A stretch of 63,696 nucleotides of DNA from an uncultured archaeon (lineage in GTDB: Archaea; Iainarchaeota; Iainarchaeia; Iainarchaeales; VGJJ01): the NCBI GenBank assembly GCA_964524375.1, contig CAZGES010000001.1:1-63696 (forward strand), read 5' to 3'. Below the pieces are notes generated by a model. The model was given only the letters and a program-made list of their open reading frames with translations. It was not told the DNA's origin and searched no databases. Positions 25,935 through 34,235 of this stretch are shown here, piece by piece. Position numbers and translations under genes: made by a program. How positions within the stretch are numbered: the stretch's first letter is position 1; each line of letters begins with the position of its first letter.

Positions 25935-26816
25935 TTAGTACCCCTTCGGCGTGCGCGAGCCGATGAAACCAATGAGGACAATTTGAACCGCAAACGCCGC
26001 TCCAATGGTGAGGAGAATCGTATCCTGCGAAATGGACGTGCCCCCGATGGAGGAGAGAATGATCATGAACGTAATTCCAATGGTTGGGAGGGCAGCGGCC
26101 ATGAGCAAATACATGAGAATCCACATGTTTAATTCTGCCGCGTAATTCTTGATGGCGCGCGACTGAAACTCGGTGAGGGTTTCCATAATCGCAGTAAGTG
26201 CCACGCTGATGGGTGCGCCCGTGCGAATCGTAGTTACAAGCTGCCAAATGGTTTTGCGCAAAAACTCGGATTGCGTGCGCAACGCCAACCGTTCAAGTGC
26301 CGCTCCTTCGTTTACTCCCGCGTTAATTTCCTGAATTACTTTTTCAAATTCTTCACTAATGACACCGTAATTGCTTTGCGCGATATTGGACATGGCATCA
26401 AACAAACTCACGCCGGAATTGACTTGGACTTGCATGCTTCGCAGCGCGAACATTAAACCTTGGTCGATTCCCGTGGCATTTTGTTGCGCGAGGATGCGCG
26501 GGTAGTAAATGTGAAGGAGAAACGCACTCAACCCTAGTCCTAACCCGGTAACAAAACCAAAACGCAGGCCTTGAATGATGTCACCGCTCGTGACAAAGGA
26601 GAGTGCGCCGATGAGGAGGAAGGAGAGGATGGAATACAGAAACGCCGAGAGAAGGGCCCCCGCCACATAGGATGGAGCGTCGGTGGAAATGTGGGCGAGT
26701 TTGAGAGTGTTATTCAACGTGGGGAAAAAGCGCGAAACATGGGTGGCAGCCCCCGTGAAACGTGAGGGGAGGTTGTTGATTTGGTCCAGGGTCAGGAGCA
26801 TGAATCGCACGCGCAT
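25935..26816 (-). CDS. type IV filament platform protein, TadB-like (single T2SSF-type domain)
   Basis: Polytopic. Cytoplasmic helical domain QVQVNSGVSLFDAMSNIAQSNYGVISEEFEKVIQEINAGVNEGAALERLA resembles T2SSF/TadB. Confidence 0.75.
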   Translation of the reverse strand: MRVRFMLLTLDQINNLPSRFTGAATHVSRFFPTLNNTLKLAHISTDAPSYVAGALLSAFLYSILSFLLIGALSFVTSGDIIQGLRFGFVTGLGLGLSAFLLHIYYPRILAQQNATGIDQGLMFALRSMQVQVNSGVSLFDAMSNIAQSNYGVISEEFEKVIQEINAGVNEGAALERLALRTQSEFLRKTIWQLVTTIRTGAPISVALTAIMETLTEFQSRAIKNYAAELNMWILMYLLMAAALPTIGITFMIILSSIGGTSISQDTILLTIGAAFAVQIVLIGFIGSRTPKGY

Positions 26817-26827
26817 GAAGAATCATC

Positions 26828-28648
26828 TCACAATGAGAAAGGGTCCTTGTCCTTGAATGCCGCGTCGTAAATCGTGGCGGGATTCGCATAAAATGCGTGC
26901 ATGATTTTTCCGACTTGCTCCATGGAGGAGCAATCGTGTTTGAGCATCCAGTCCAAAATAGTTATTCGGTTCAACACTTCTTCTTTGATTTCGCGCTCGG
27001 TCATTCCGGTGTGCATGTTTAATTTTTGAATGAGGCGAATGGGTTCGTTCATTTTTTCGAACGTGTCCCCGCGCGCGGACCAGCGGAAAATGTTTGAAAC
27101 ATTCGTCTGTTCATTGGTGGTGCCGGATTCAACTTCGGCAATTTCATACGTTCGACGCGCGTTTCCTCTTCTATCGCGATACTGAACAAGAATCAAATCA
27201 ATCGCCTCTACTTCCAACGCAGGAATGGAAATGGGCGGTTCAACTAAACGGCGCAATACTTGGTGTGCAGAGTCGGCGTGAATCGTCGCATACACGGAAT
27301 GTCCGGTGTGCATCGCTTCAAACAGCGCTTCCGCTTCTTGTCGCGTGCGCATTTCTCCAACGATCAAACGGTCGGGTCGCATTCGCAGGGAAGACAAGAG
27401 CAAATCTAACATTGTCACGCCCCCCGCGCCTTCAGGATTAGGATTTCTCGTTGTGAGCGGGACCCAGTTCCATTGCATGTAATCCGGTAAACTAATTTCA
27501 CGCACGTCTTCAATCGTAATGACACGCTGATGGGAGGGGATGAATGTGCATAACGCATTCAATGCACTCGTCTTTCCCGATGCAGTAGAACCGGCAACGA
27601 GCATGGATAATTCATACTGCATCGCCAACCACAACCACGCGCCCATTTCCGAATTCATCGTGTGCATCTTCCCAATGAAGTCCACCACCGACCAGGGTTT
27701 TCGTGCGAAGCGACGAATGGTTAACGTGTTTCCAAAAGATGAAATAGGAAACAATGTGGCGTTGACACGGTCTCCTGAAAGAAGGTGTGCGTCGAGAATA
27801 GGATGAAGGTTCGTAATTTCACGACCATTCTTTCGAGCAATCTGCGCGGACAAATTTTGAATGTGATCCTCGTTGGGCATAGCCAAATTGGTTTGCAGCC
27901 ATCCATAATTGCGATGGTAAATGGTGACCGCGGTTTTAGACGAATTAATGGCAATTTCTTCCAAATTATTATCGGCCATGAGCAATTCTAATTCACCCAA
28001 ACCATACAGGCGGTGGAGCATTTGTCCGGTTAGCGAGTCCATAATCTCAGGAGAGAGTCCGCGGAAGACTTGCACGAGTTGTTTCTTCGTCGCCTCTGCA
28101 AATTGGAGTTTCAAACCCTTGGCTTGCTCCACATCACTCAAGTCAATGGCTTCAATGGAAATGCTTGATGCAATTTTGTCGCGCATCTCATCCAATAGTA
28201 TTTCGGTGTAGGGTCCAAATGTTTGAACGTACAACGAGTAAAACGGATGACCATCATCGGCGAGCATAATTATTTTCACATCCGCCACCACATTGTCAGC
28301 GGAGAACGTGTACTGCTCCATGACTTCACCATTGGGCGGAGTGAGAAGTTTGTCGCTCAACTTTTGCAGCAATGCGACTTTGGGTCCTTGCAGCAAGGAC
28401 GCGGGATAGGAAAGTTTGACAATGCCTCTATTTTCCAAGAGCTTTAACACTTGCTCCATGTCCTGCGACTTCCACCCCGTGTATTTGGCGAGCTCATCCA
28501 GCCCCATTTCGGTTTTGGTTCCCAACACGCGCATGGCGTCATCAATCATCAACTGCACGCCCGTCGAGATGGAAAAGGGGCGGGAACGCGGGTCCACCAG
28601 CGGAGCGGGCTTGTCTCCGGAAAGGGAAACGGGAAGAATCTCGGGCAT
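26828..28648 (-). CDS. type IV filament assembly ATPase (TadA/FlaI/GspE superfamily)
   Basis: Walker A AGSTASGKTS, Asp box ITIEDVREI, Walker B RPDRLIVGEMR, His box HTGHSVYATIHA. ATG at 28648 with a TATA box 25 nt upstream. The track start at 28801 lies inside a tRNA. Confidence 0.85.
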   Translation of the reverse strand: MPEILPVSLSGDKPAPLVDPRSRPFSISTGVQLMIDDAMRVLGTKTEMGLDELAKYTGWKSQDMEQVLKLLENRGIVKLSYPASLLQGPKVALLQKLSDKLLTPPNGEVMEQYTFSADNVVADVKIIMLADDGHPFYSLYVQTFGPYTEILLDEMRDKIASSISIEAIDLSDVEQAKGLKLQFAEATKKQLVQVFRGLSPEIMDSLTGQMLHRLYGLGELELLMADNNLEEIAINSSKTAVTIYHRNYGWLQTNLAMPNEDHIQNLSAQIARKNGREITNLHPILDAHLLSGDRVNATLFPISSFGNTLTIRRFARKPWSVVDFIGKMHTMNSEMGAWLWLAMQYELSMLVAGSTASGKTSALNALCTFIPSHQRVITIEDVREISLPDYMQWNWVPLTTRNPNPEGAGGVTMLDLLLSSLRMRPDRLIVGEMRTRQEAEALFEAMHTGHSVYATIHADSAHQVLRRLVEPPISIPALEVEAIDLILVQYRDRRGNARRTYEIAEVESGTTNEQTNVSNIFRWSARGDTFEKMNEPIRLIQKLNMHTGMTEREIKEEVLNRITILDWMLKHDCSSMEQVGKIMHAFYANPATIYDAAFKDKDPFSL

Positions 28649-28669
28649 GCTCGAAACAGCGAAAGGGGC

Positions 28670-28677
28670 TTTATTAT
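28670..28677 (-). promoter_or_regulatory. TATA box (ATAATAAA) for the ATPase gene
   Basis: Centred ~25 nt upstream of the ATG at 28648. Confidence 0.5.
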
Positions 28678-28749
28678 CGTATTCCCTGCCAATTCTACCA
28701 GGGGCAATAACCGGGGTTAAAAACCAATTTGAAGAGGATTTTTGTATAC

Positions 28750-28832
28750 GCGGAGTTGGCAGAGCGGTCAAATGCGCTGGTCTTGAAAACCAGAGCCTCA
28801 CGGCTACGGGAGTTCAAATCTCTCACTCCGCG
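28750..28832 (+). tRNA. tRNA-Ser (anticodon UGA)
   Basis: Acceptor GCGGAGT/ACTCCGC, anticodon arm CTGGT-CTTGAAA-ACCAG, long variable arm, T loop TTCAAAT, discriminator G. TTAAAAA box 30 nt upstream. Confidence 0.93.
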
Positions 28833-28901
28833 CTCGCTTCCGATCGAGCAGTCCGGTATAGAGGGATGACAAAAGTCATCCCTCGGCTGGACGTTTTTTT
28901 T
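28833..28901 (+). terminator. tRNA 3' flank module with hairpin GAGGGATGAC-AAAA-GTCATCCCTC, GGCTG and T8 run
   Basis: GTCCGGTATAGAGGGATGA.. closely matches the tRNA-Leu flank GTTCGGTATGGAGGGATGA... The oligo-T at 28894-28901 fits an archaeal terminator. Confidence 0.6.
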
Positions 28902-28929
28902 GACTGAATGCTATTTTTCCATTCGACCA

Positions 28930-31488
28930 TTATTGCGGAGGCGTGGCAGTTGTTTCAGGGGTTGCTGTGCCCGTGCTTCCAATTCCACCACCGATGTCAA
29001 CGGGAATGGGTGCATCGTAGTAGATTCCGCCCAAACCCGTGTACGCGCGAATGGCGTTGAGGAAGGATTGAATCTCCGAGACTTCCATTCCGGCTTCTAA
29101 ACGAATGGTTTTCGTCGTTGTTCCATCCGTGATGGTGATGGTTTCAATGCTGCCATCCGCACAGCCCGGGCAGCCGAACGTCTCGTCCAATTTTTGGAAC
29201 GCGGGCCAATCTAAATTCTCCACGACATCATCATACTGCGAGTACGCGGGATTTTCATAGATGTTCGTGTATCCGGGGTCTCCTCCCGTGAAATTGGTTT
29301 GCTTAATTTTTGTTTTGGTCAATTCTACTTCTTGAAAACCGCACGCATCAGCGCAAAAGACGCCTTCCACGCGCGCAGTTATTTTGAGATTTTTGGGAAT
29401 GGTAACGAAATCAATGGTTTTGATTTCGTGCAAATCACTTAACGCATTGGCTTTGATTCGTTTATCGGAGATGGTGTATAACACATCTTCAATGAACAGG
29501 GAACGCTTGACTTGGTATTGCCAGTCGTAATAGTAGCCGGACTTCAAGTCAATTTCCTCATCTACATGTGTAATGCGTCCGCGCTCTTTGAAGCCGTTTT
29601 CTAGTGTAACATTATACACGAAAGCGCCTTGAAAAACGGGTTCACCGTACGCGGGCCAATCTCTCCAGTCGCCAATTCCATTTTGAATATTATTTTTTTG
29701 CTCGTCTGAAATCTCGTGCAAATAAATGGGGAGCACGAGGAGATTTTTCTCCGCATCAAACAAGAACGCGTGATGGTCTTGCAGCGCGAATGAATCTGTT
29801 CCTCTATCGCCGATGATGAGCGAGTGCATCTGCTGGGGGTTCTCCACATCTGTAACATCAAAGATGGCGAGCTTCATTCCCAAATAGTAGGCGAAGTCAC
29901 CCGACTTGGATGTTTCGGTGTCTTTTCCGATTCCCACGATGTGAGTGGCATCAATGGGGTGCAAATAATCCGAGTAGCCGGGGATTTTGAGTTTCCCTAA
30001 CACTTTAGGATTTGTCGCATCGCTCAAATCCAACACAAACAAGGGGTCGATTTGTCTAAATGTGACTAAATATGCGCGGTCGCCCATGAAGCGAGCGGAA
30101 TAAATTCTCTCGCCGGGAGCGAGGTCTTCCAACGACCCAACAAGTTCCATGTCCTCGTTAAACGTGTACACGTTGTTCATCGACTTCGTGTTTTCATTCG
30201 TGAGGGGGTTCCATTGCTCATCTATTGTTGTGGCGATTCGAAAAGTGTTTTTGTGTTCATCCATTGAAAATTGGTTGAGGACGCGGCCTAATGCCGTTCC
30301 CTTTCCTTCATACTCGACGCGGCCATTGTTCAACGAAAATTTGTGAATAATGGTTTTAGTTGTATTATCCTGCTCGTTCGGCATGGCAGTGTCGGTCGTG
30401 GCAGGAGGAGAAGCGTCATCGACTTCACGCACACCCGCTAAAGGCATGATGGGTCCGCCGTAATAATTCCATTGCGTGTGGGCGAGATACAAATTGTTTT
30501 CAGACGCATACGTGGTTTCAGCGCTTCCCACGATCGTTTCTTTGTTGAACGAAAGCGTGTCTACGTTTAACGAACCAATGGTCACAAAACTTTGCGCGTA
30601 AATGGGGCGCAAATATCCAATATCTTGCGGCGCGGCGAGGGGCTTCTCCACACCATCTTCAAAATACGGGGGAATGATGGACGCGTCATCGTCTTTGGTT
30701 TCGGCGTTCAACATGTAATATTCCGGATATGCTTGCATGACGAAGTATACTTGGTTGCCAATCATGCGCGAGGAAACGTAGTTTCCCGTGAAGGCGAGTT
30801 CTTTTTCGAGCGTGGGATTTTCCTTATTTGAAATATCATACACGTTCACGATTGATTTTGAATAATTCCAGTACGGAGGATAAATGTAACTTCCTCCCCA
30901 GCCGGGTGCGGCCATCTTCGTATCGTACGCGGGGTATTCGCGCTGCTCATACGAGTTTCCAAACAAAATGAGTTTGTTTCCGTTCACAAACATTTGAGAA
31001 GGAGTAATGTTATCCAAGTTGAGTGTCTTCACGACGCGCGCCTCATCGGCGGGATAGGCGAGAGTGATGACAAGTTTGTTTTTGTAAAACGCATAAATGT
31101 ATTTTCCATCCGTTTTCACGATGTCGGCTTCATCCACGCCTTCGACTTGAACATTCGTGTTCGAGTAGGCGGGGCCGGACGGGTTCACGCTAGCGCCTCC
31201 TGTTCCACTATCCGATTTGGATTCTCCATTCACAGCGGCAGTGGGGGCCATTACATTGTCGCGCACCGCATACTGATTGTTTCCGCTTTGCTGGGCTTGC
31301 GTGAATGCGGCGACAATTTCGGCTTCGCTTGAAAAGTGAGGAATGATTTTGGGTCCGAGCGTGTCATTGGGAGTGAAAATAGGATTGGTGTTTGCAGGCA
31401 AATTCGTTTGCGCGAGCGCAAAAATAAATGCTATTCCTAGAATAGCGAGGCCGATTCCGGCGATGGGTATGTTTCCTTTCGAACTCAT
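28930..31488 (-). CDS. secreted beta-propeller domain protein (COG4880/Beta_propel-like) with Cys-containing C-terminal domain
   Basis: N-terminal anchor IPIAGIGLAILGIAFIFALA. VQVEGVDEADIVKTDGKYIY and RFMGDRAYLVTFRQIDPLFVLDLSD..IPGYSDYLHP match that family as I recall it. Confidence 0.8.
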   Translation of the reverse strand: MSSKGNIPIAGIGLAILGIAFIFALAQTNLPANTNPIFTPNDTLGPKIIPHFSSEAEIVAAFTQAQQSGNNQYAVRDNVMAPTAAVNGESKSDSGTGGASVNPSGPAYSNTNVQVEGVDEADIVKTDGKYIYAFYKNKLVITLAYPADEARVVKTLNLDNITPSQMFVNGNKLILFGNSYEQREYPAYDTKMAAPGWGGSYIYPPYWNYSKSIVNVYDISNKENPTLEKELAFTGNYVSSRMIGNQVYFVMQAYPEYYMLNAETKDDDASIIPPYFEDGVEKPLAAPQDIGYLRPIYAQSFVTIGSLNVDTLSFNKETIVGSAETTYASENNLYLAHTQWNYYGGPIMPLAGVREVDDASPPATTDTAMPNEQDNTTKTIIHKFSLNNGRVEYEGKGTALGRVLNQFSMDEHKNTFRIATTIDEQWNPLTNENTKSMNNVYTFNEDMELVGSLEDLAPGERIYSARFMGDRAYLVTFRQIDPLFVLDLSDATNPKVLGKLKIPGYSDYLHPIDATHIVGIGKDTETSKSGDFAYYLGMKLAIFDVTDVENPQQMHSLIIGDRGTDSFALQDHHAFLFDAEKNLLVLPIYLHEISDEQKNNIQNGIGDWRDWPAYGEPVFQGAFVYNVTLENGFKERGRITHVDEEIDLKSGYYYDWQYQVKRSLFIEDVLYTISDKRIKANALSDLHEIKTIDFVTIPKNLKITARVEGVFCADACGFQEVELTKTKIKQTNFTGGDPGYTNIYENPAYSQYDDVVENLDWPAFQKLDETFGCPGCADGSIETITITDGTTTKTIRLEAGMEVSEIQSFLNAIRAYTGLGGIYYDAPIPVDIGGGIGSTGTATPETTATPPQ

Positions 31489-31627
31489 GTGTGATCAACT
31501 CCATGTCAATGACCATCCTTCGTCCCGGGAGTTTAAATACTACTTTCAATGCGAAGGGAAATGACTAATACCCGGGAAATGGCCAATGCTGGCATTGTAG
31601 TGAATGATGAGTGGGGAAGTTGAATAA

Positions 31628-31891
31628 TTATTCTTCGGCGGGCATCGAACGAATGAGGTGCTTTGAGCGGGAGTACGCCCAGAGAATTCCTACCAGGCAG
31701 GCGGTGGCAATTAAGTAATACACGAGCGAATCCACGAGATTGCGGTTTAGTTGCGAAACAATTCCCTCGATGAGTGTGAATGTGAATACTGCAAGTAGTA
31801 TGAGGGTGCTCGTGAGGAGGAGAATAATCTTCACAGAATCCATGAATTCGGACATAGCATGAAAGCCAGCGGAATGGAGTATAAAAAGCAT
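31628..31891 (-). CDS. small two-TM membrane protein
   Basis: Two hydrophobic helices. Lies at the distal end of the pilin-like gene string. Start uncertain. Confidence 0.4.
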   Translation of the reverse strand: MLFILHSAGFHAMSEFMDSVKIILLLTSTLILLAVFTFTLIEGIVSQLNRNLVDSLVYYLIATACLVGILWAYSRSKHLIRSMPAEE

Positions 31892-31919
31892 GCGCCGTGA
31901 ATGGACGCGTTTACCTATT

Positions 31920-32855
31920 CTACCGGCCGTACGTCCAAATCGTATTCGTGTCGGCGTTAAAGTCTATTCCGCGGAGGGTCGTGTTGAAATCGTACCCCGC
32001 GAACGTGCCATTGATGTCATTGGGGAGCGTGTACGCGATGGAATAATTCCACGTCACGTTCGGCGCGCCAAAAATGATGGTGCCAAGAGGAGTGGTGGAT
32101 ACTGCGGGATTTTCGCTCACGGTTCCGAGACCGATGACTTTGCTGTAGGTGATTCCATCAACAGAATAGGTTGCATTGAATGAAAAAGAGGAATGAGTGA
32201 TGAGCGTGCCGCTGTAGGAATGATTGTGGTCGTTGTTCGTGTCGGTGTAATTGAAGGAATAATCAGTGAAGGTGATGTCGCCAAAGCAGCATGCGCCCGT
32301 TGTGATGTTGACAGACTCATAGGGCACCTCGGAAAAAATATTCACGTCAATGCGCCGCGGGTAATAATTTGTATCAGTGGGGAAAACTCTAAATCGATTC
32401 ACATCAAAACCCTCGCGCCAGCGAAGAAGGTGGTTGGTTCGCCCCCAAAAATTTCCGTCTGAAATGGATTGGTTCAAATCCAAAAAAATACTCGCGTTTG
32501 AATCGCGGGCGAGTGTGGAGAGATTAGTTTGATACCGCAGCAAGTTTGTTTGCGTGGAAAGGGCGTTGGGCATTTTTCCTTTGATGTGAAAAGTAGCCGT
32601 GTCGCGGTTTTGGTCAATGGAAATGGTTTGACCGGTGAGCGCGTTGAAATCAAGTGCAATGTCGCGCAGTAATCGTGCGGGCGCAGCCGTCTGATGCGTT
32701 TGCATGGAATCGAGTTGCATCGTTTGCAAATGTGAATGCTGTAGCTGTGCGGTGATAATGAGCATGAGGGCTAATACGAATGTGGAAAAACTTAGCACGA
32801 AACCGCGTGGTGCGCTCGTTTTCGTTGCGCGTTGAGCTCTCGTTACACGGACCAT
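31920..32855 (-). CDS. pilin-like protein (class III signal peptide, 311 aa)
   Basis: N-terminus KTSAPRG|FVLSFSTFVLALMLIITA. Asn/Thr-rich mature part. Overlaps the upstream gene by 13 nt. Confidence 0.6.
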   Translation of the reverse strand: MVRVTRAQRATKTSAPRGFVLSFSTFVLALMLIITAQLQHSHLQTMQLDSMQTHQTAAPARLLRDIALDFNALTGQTISIDQNRDTATFHIKGKMPNALSTQTNLLRYQTNLSTLARDSNASIFLDLNQSISDGNFWGRTNHLLRWREGFDVNRFRVFPTDTNYYPRRIDVNIFSEVPYESVNITTGACCFGDITFTDYSFNYTDTNNDHNHSYSGTLITHSSFSFNATYSVDGITYSKVIGLGTVSENPAVSTTPLGTIIFGAPNVTWNYSIAYTLPNDINGTFAGYDFNTTLRGIDFNADTNTIWTYGR

Positions 32856-33283
32856 GTGGCCACCTCCACGACATACATGTTGGCATCGGGGGGTGACACG
32901 ACTATGAAACTGTGGCGTACGCGTTCAACTTGGGGAGCGAAGGTGGTGCAACCGCTTTTCGTCACAATAAAAGCAGGGAGATTTTGGTCAGGAGATGGAA
33001 AAACGGCGACACTCCCGCAGATGGAAGTGGGCCACCCATTGATGTACGAGCGAACTTCTGTGGTGTTATTCAAAATGACCGCGCGCGAGAGAGCGGGGCT
33101 TTGTTCAAATGTGAGTGCAGCATTCTCTGCGAAGAGGCGCAGGATTAACTCTTGGCGGACATCGCTCCCTTTGCTCGTTGACGCGTCGAAAGCGAGGGAG
33201 ATGATGACGAATAGCACCGTGAGTGCGAGCAATGCGTCGATGGCGATGACAAATCCTCGGTTTGTTTTTTTGTTGAGCGTCAT
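32843..33283 (-). CDS. minor pilin-like protein (146 aa)
   Basis: ATG at 33283, 1 nt after the upstream stop. MTLNKKTNRG|FVIAIDALLALTVLFVIISLAF. Confidence 0.65.
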   Translation of the reverse strand: MTLNKKTNRGFVIAIDALLALTVLFVIISLAFDASTSKGSDVRQELILRLFAENAALTFEQSPALSRAVILNNTTEVRSYINGWPTSICGSVAVFPSPDQNLPAFIVTKSGCTTFAPQVERVRHSFIVVSPPDANMYVVEVATWSV

Positions 33284-33284
33284 G

Positions 33285-33812
33285 TTAGACACCGTAGACC
33301 TGCACCGTGGCAATGGCGGGGCGTGATTGATAGACAACGGGAAGCGTGACCACACTCACCGTGTTTTTGTTGATGGGCGCCGTGCCGGCGCGCGTGAGAA
33401 TCGTCTTGTTTTCGTCTGAAATGGTCACGTAAAAATTCAAGTCTTCCAAACCCATGCGCGAAACCAGTTGGGTGTAATTGGTCGCGTTCCAATCTAGAAA
33501 CGCTGCCCATTTAGCCGGGGAAATGGCTGTGCCATTGGGAGAAACACCCACGCTCAACACGTCGCTGCGGTTAGAATTCGTGTCCCAATACGTGGGGTTG
33601 CCGGGGCTTGTGAAAAGAATAGCGGCCGTGCGCGCGGTAGTAAGGCTCAGGGTATAGGCATTGTGCTCTTCCGCGGCTTGATTTTGCAATTGTTGGTTCA
33701 CTGCTGAAATGAGGGTGGCGGCGAAAAGGAAAATGACAATGGAGAGCAGCGCATCCGAGGAGTATAGTTGTCCTCTGCTTCGCGTGTGCGTTTGAGAATG
33801 TCTCTGTTTCAT
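33285..33812 (-). CDS. minor pilin-like protein (175 aa)
   Basis: THTRSRG|QLYSSDALLSIVIFLFAATLISAV. Start overlaps the upstream stop (ATGA). Confidence 0.65.
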   Translation of the reverse strand: MKQRHSQTHTRSRGQLYSSDALLSIVIFLFAATLISAVNQQLQNQAAEEHNAYTLSLTTARTAAILFTSPGNPTYWDTNSNRSDVLSVGVSPNGTAISPAKWAAFLDWNATNYTQLVSRMGLEDLNFYVTISDENKTILTRAGTAPINKNTVSVVTLPVVYQSRPAIATVQVYGV

Positions 33813-34231
33813 GGTGATACTTCCCGAATGTCGAGGCGGCCATTCACGTCGCGCTGAATGGTGAAAAAATTTCCATCGTGTAAATTTGAAAATGAAAACT
33901 CTGTAAAAGGAATTTTGACGGAAGAATAACTGCGCGCGCTGCGCGCTTCAATGAGGCCCGAGCCAAGAATAATGGTCTGTGTTTCTATTGCAGCGGGAAT
34001 GAAAAATTTTATTTTGCTTCCAATGGGAGCGCGGCTCATTTCCATGATGCTGCTGGCGACGATTTGGGCGGAGCGCTCGGTAGATTGCTGCGCTCGAATG
34101 GAATCCACCACAATTAATTGCTGCGCAAAAATGGAAAAAGAAACAGATAATAAAATTAGCAGCAAGGGTAAAATGACCATAATTTCTACGGTGGCTTGTC
34201 CGCGCGCGTGAGTGTGTGTCATGAGCCTCAT
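33809..34231 (-). CDS. TadE-like minor pilin (140 aa)
   Basis: HARG|QATVEIMVILPLLLILLSV resembles the TadE/TadF N-terminal motif (G-x-x-x-VE-h-h-h-h-h-P). Confidence 0.65.
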   Translation of the reverse strand: MRLMTHTHARGQATVEIMVILPLLLILLSVSFSIFAQQLIVVDSIRAQQSTERSAQIVASSIMEMSRAPIGSKIKFFIPAAIETQTIILGSGLIEARSARSYSSVKIPFTEFSFSNLHDGNFFTIQRDVNGRLDIREVSP

Positions 34232-34235
34232 TCCC

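Noticed and set aside
25933-26247. 5' extension of ORF 24898-26247 (His/Cys-rich MAACNYDSHG...)
   Set aside because: It overlaps the TadB-like gene in another frame. The ATG at 25932 directly follows that gene's stop.
28649-28801. N-terminal 51 codons of track ORF 26828-28801 (MRLWFSRPAHLTALPTP...)
   Set aside because: They read antisense through tRNA-Ser(UGA). The near-identical peptide at 2792 is just the translated tRNA sequence. A TATA box supports the ATG at 28648.
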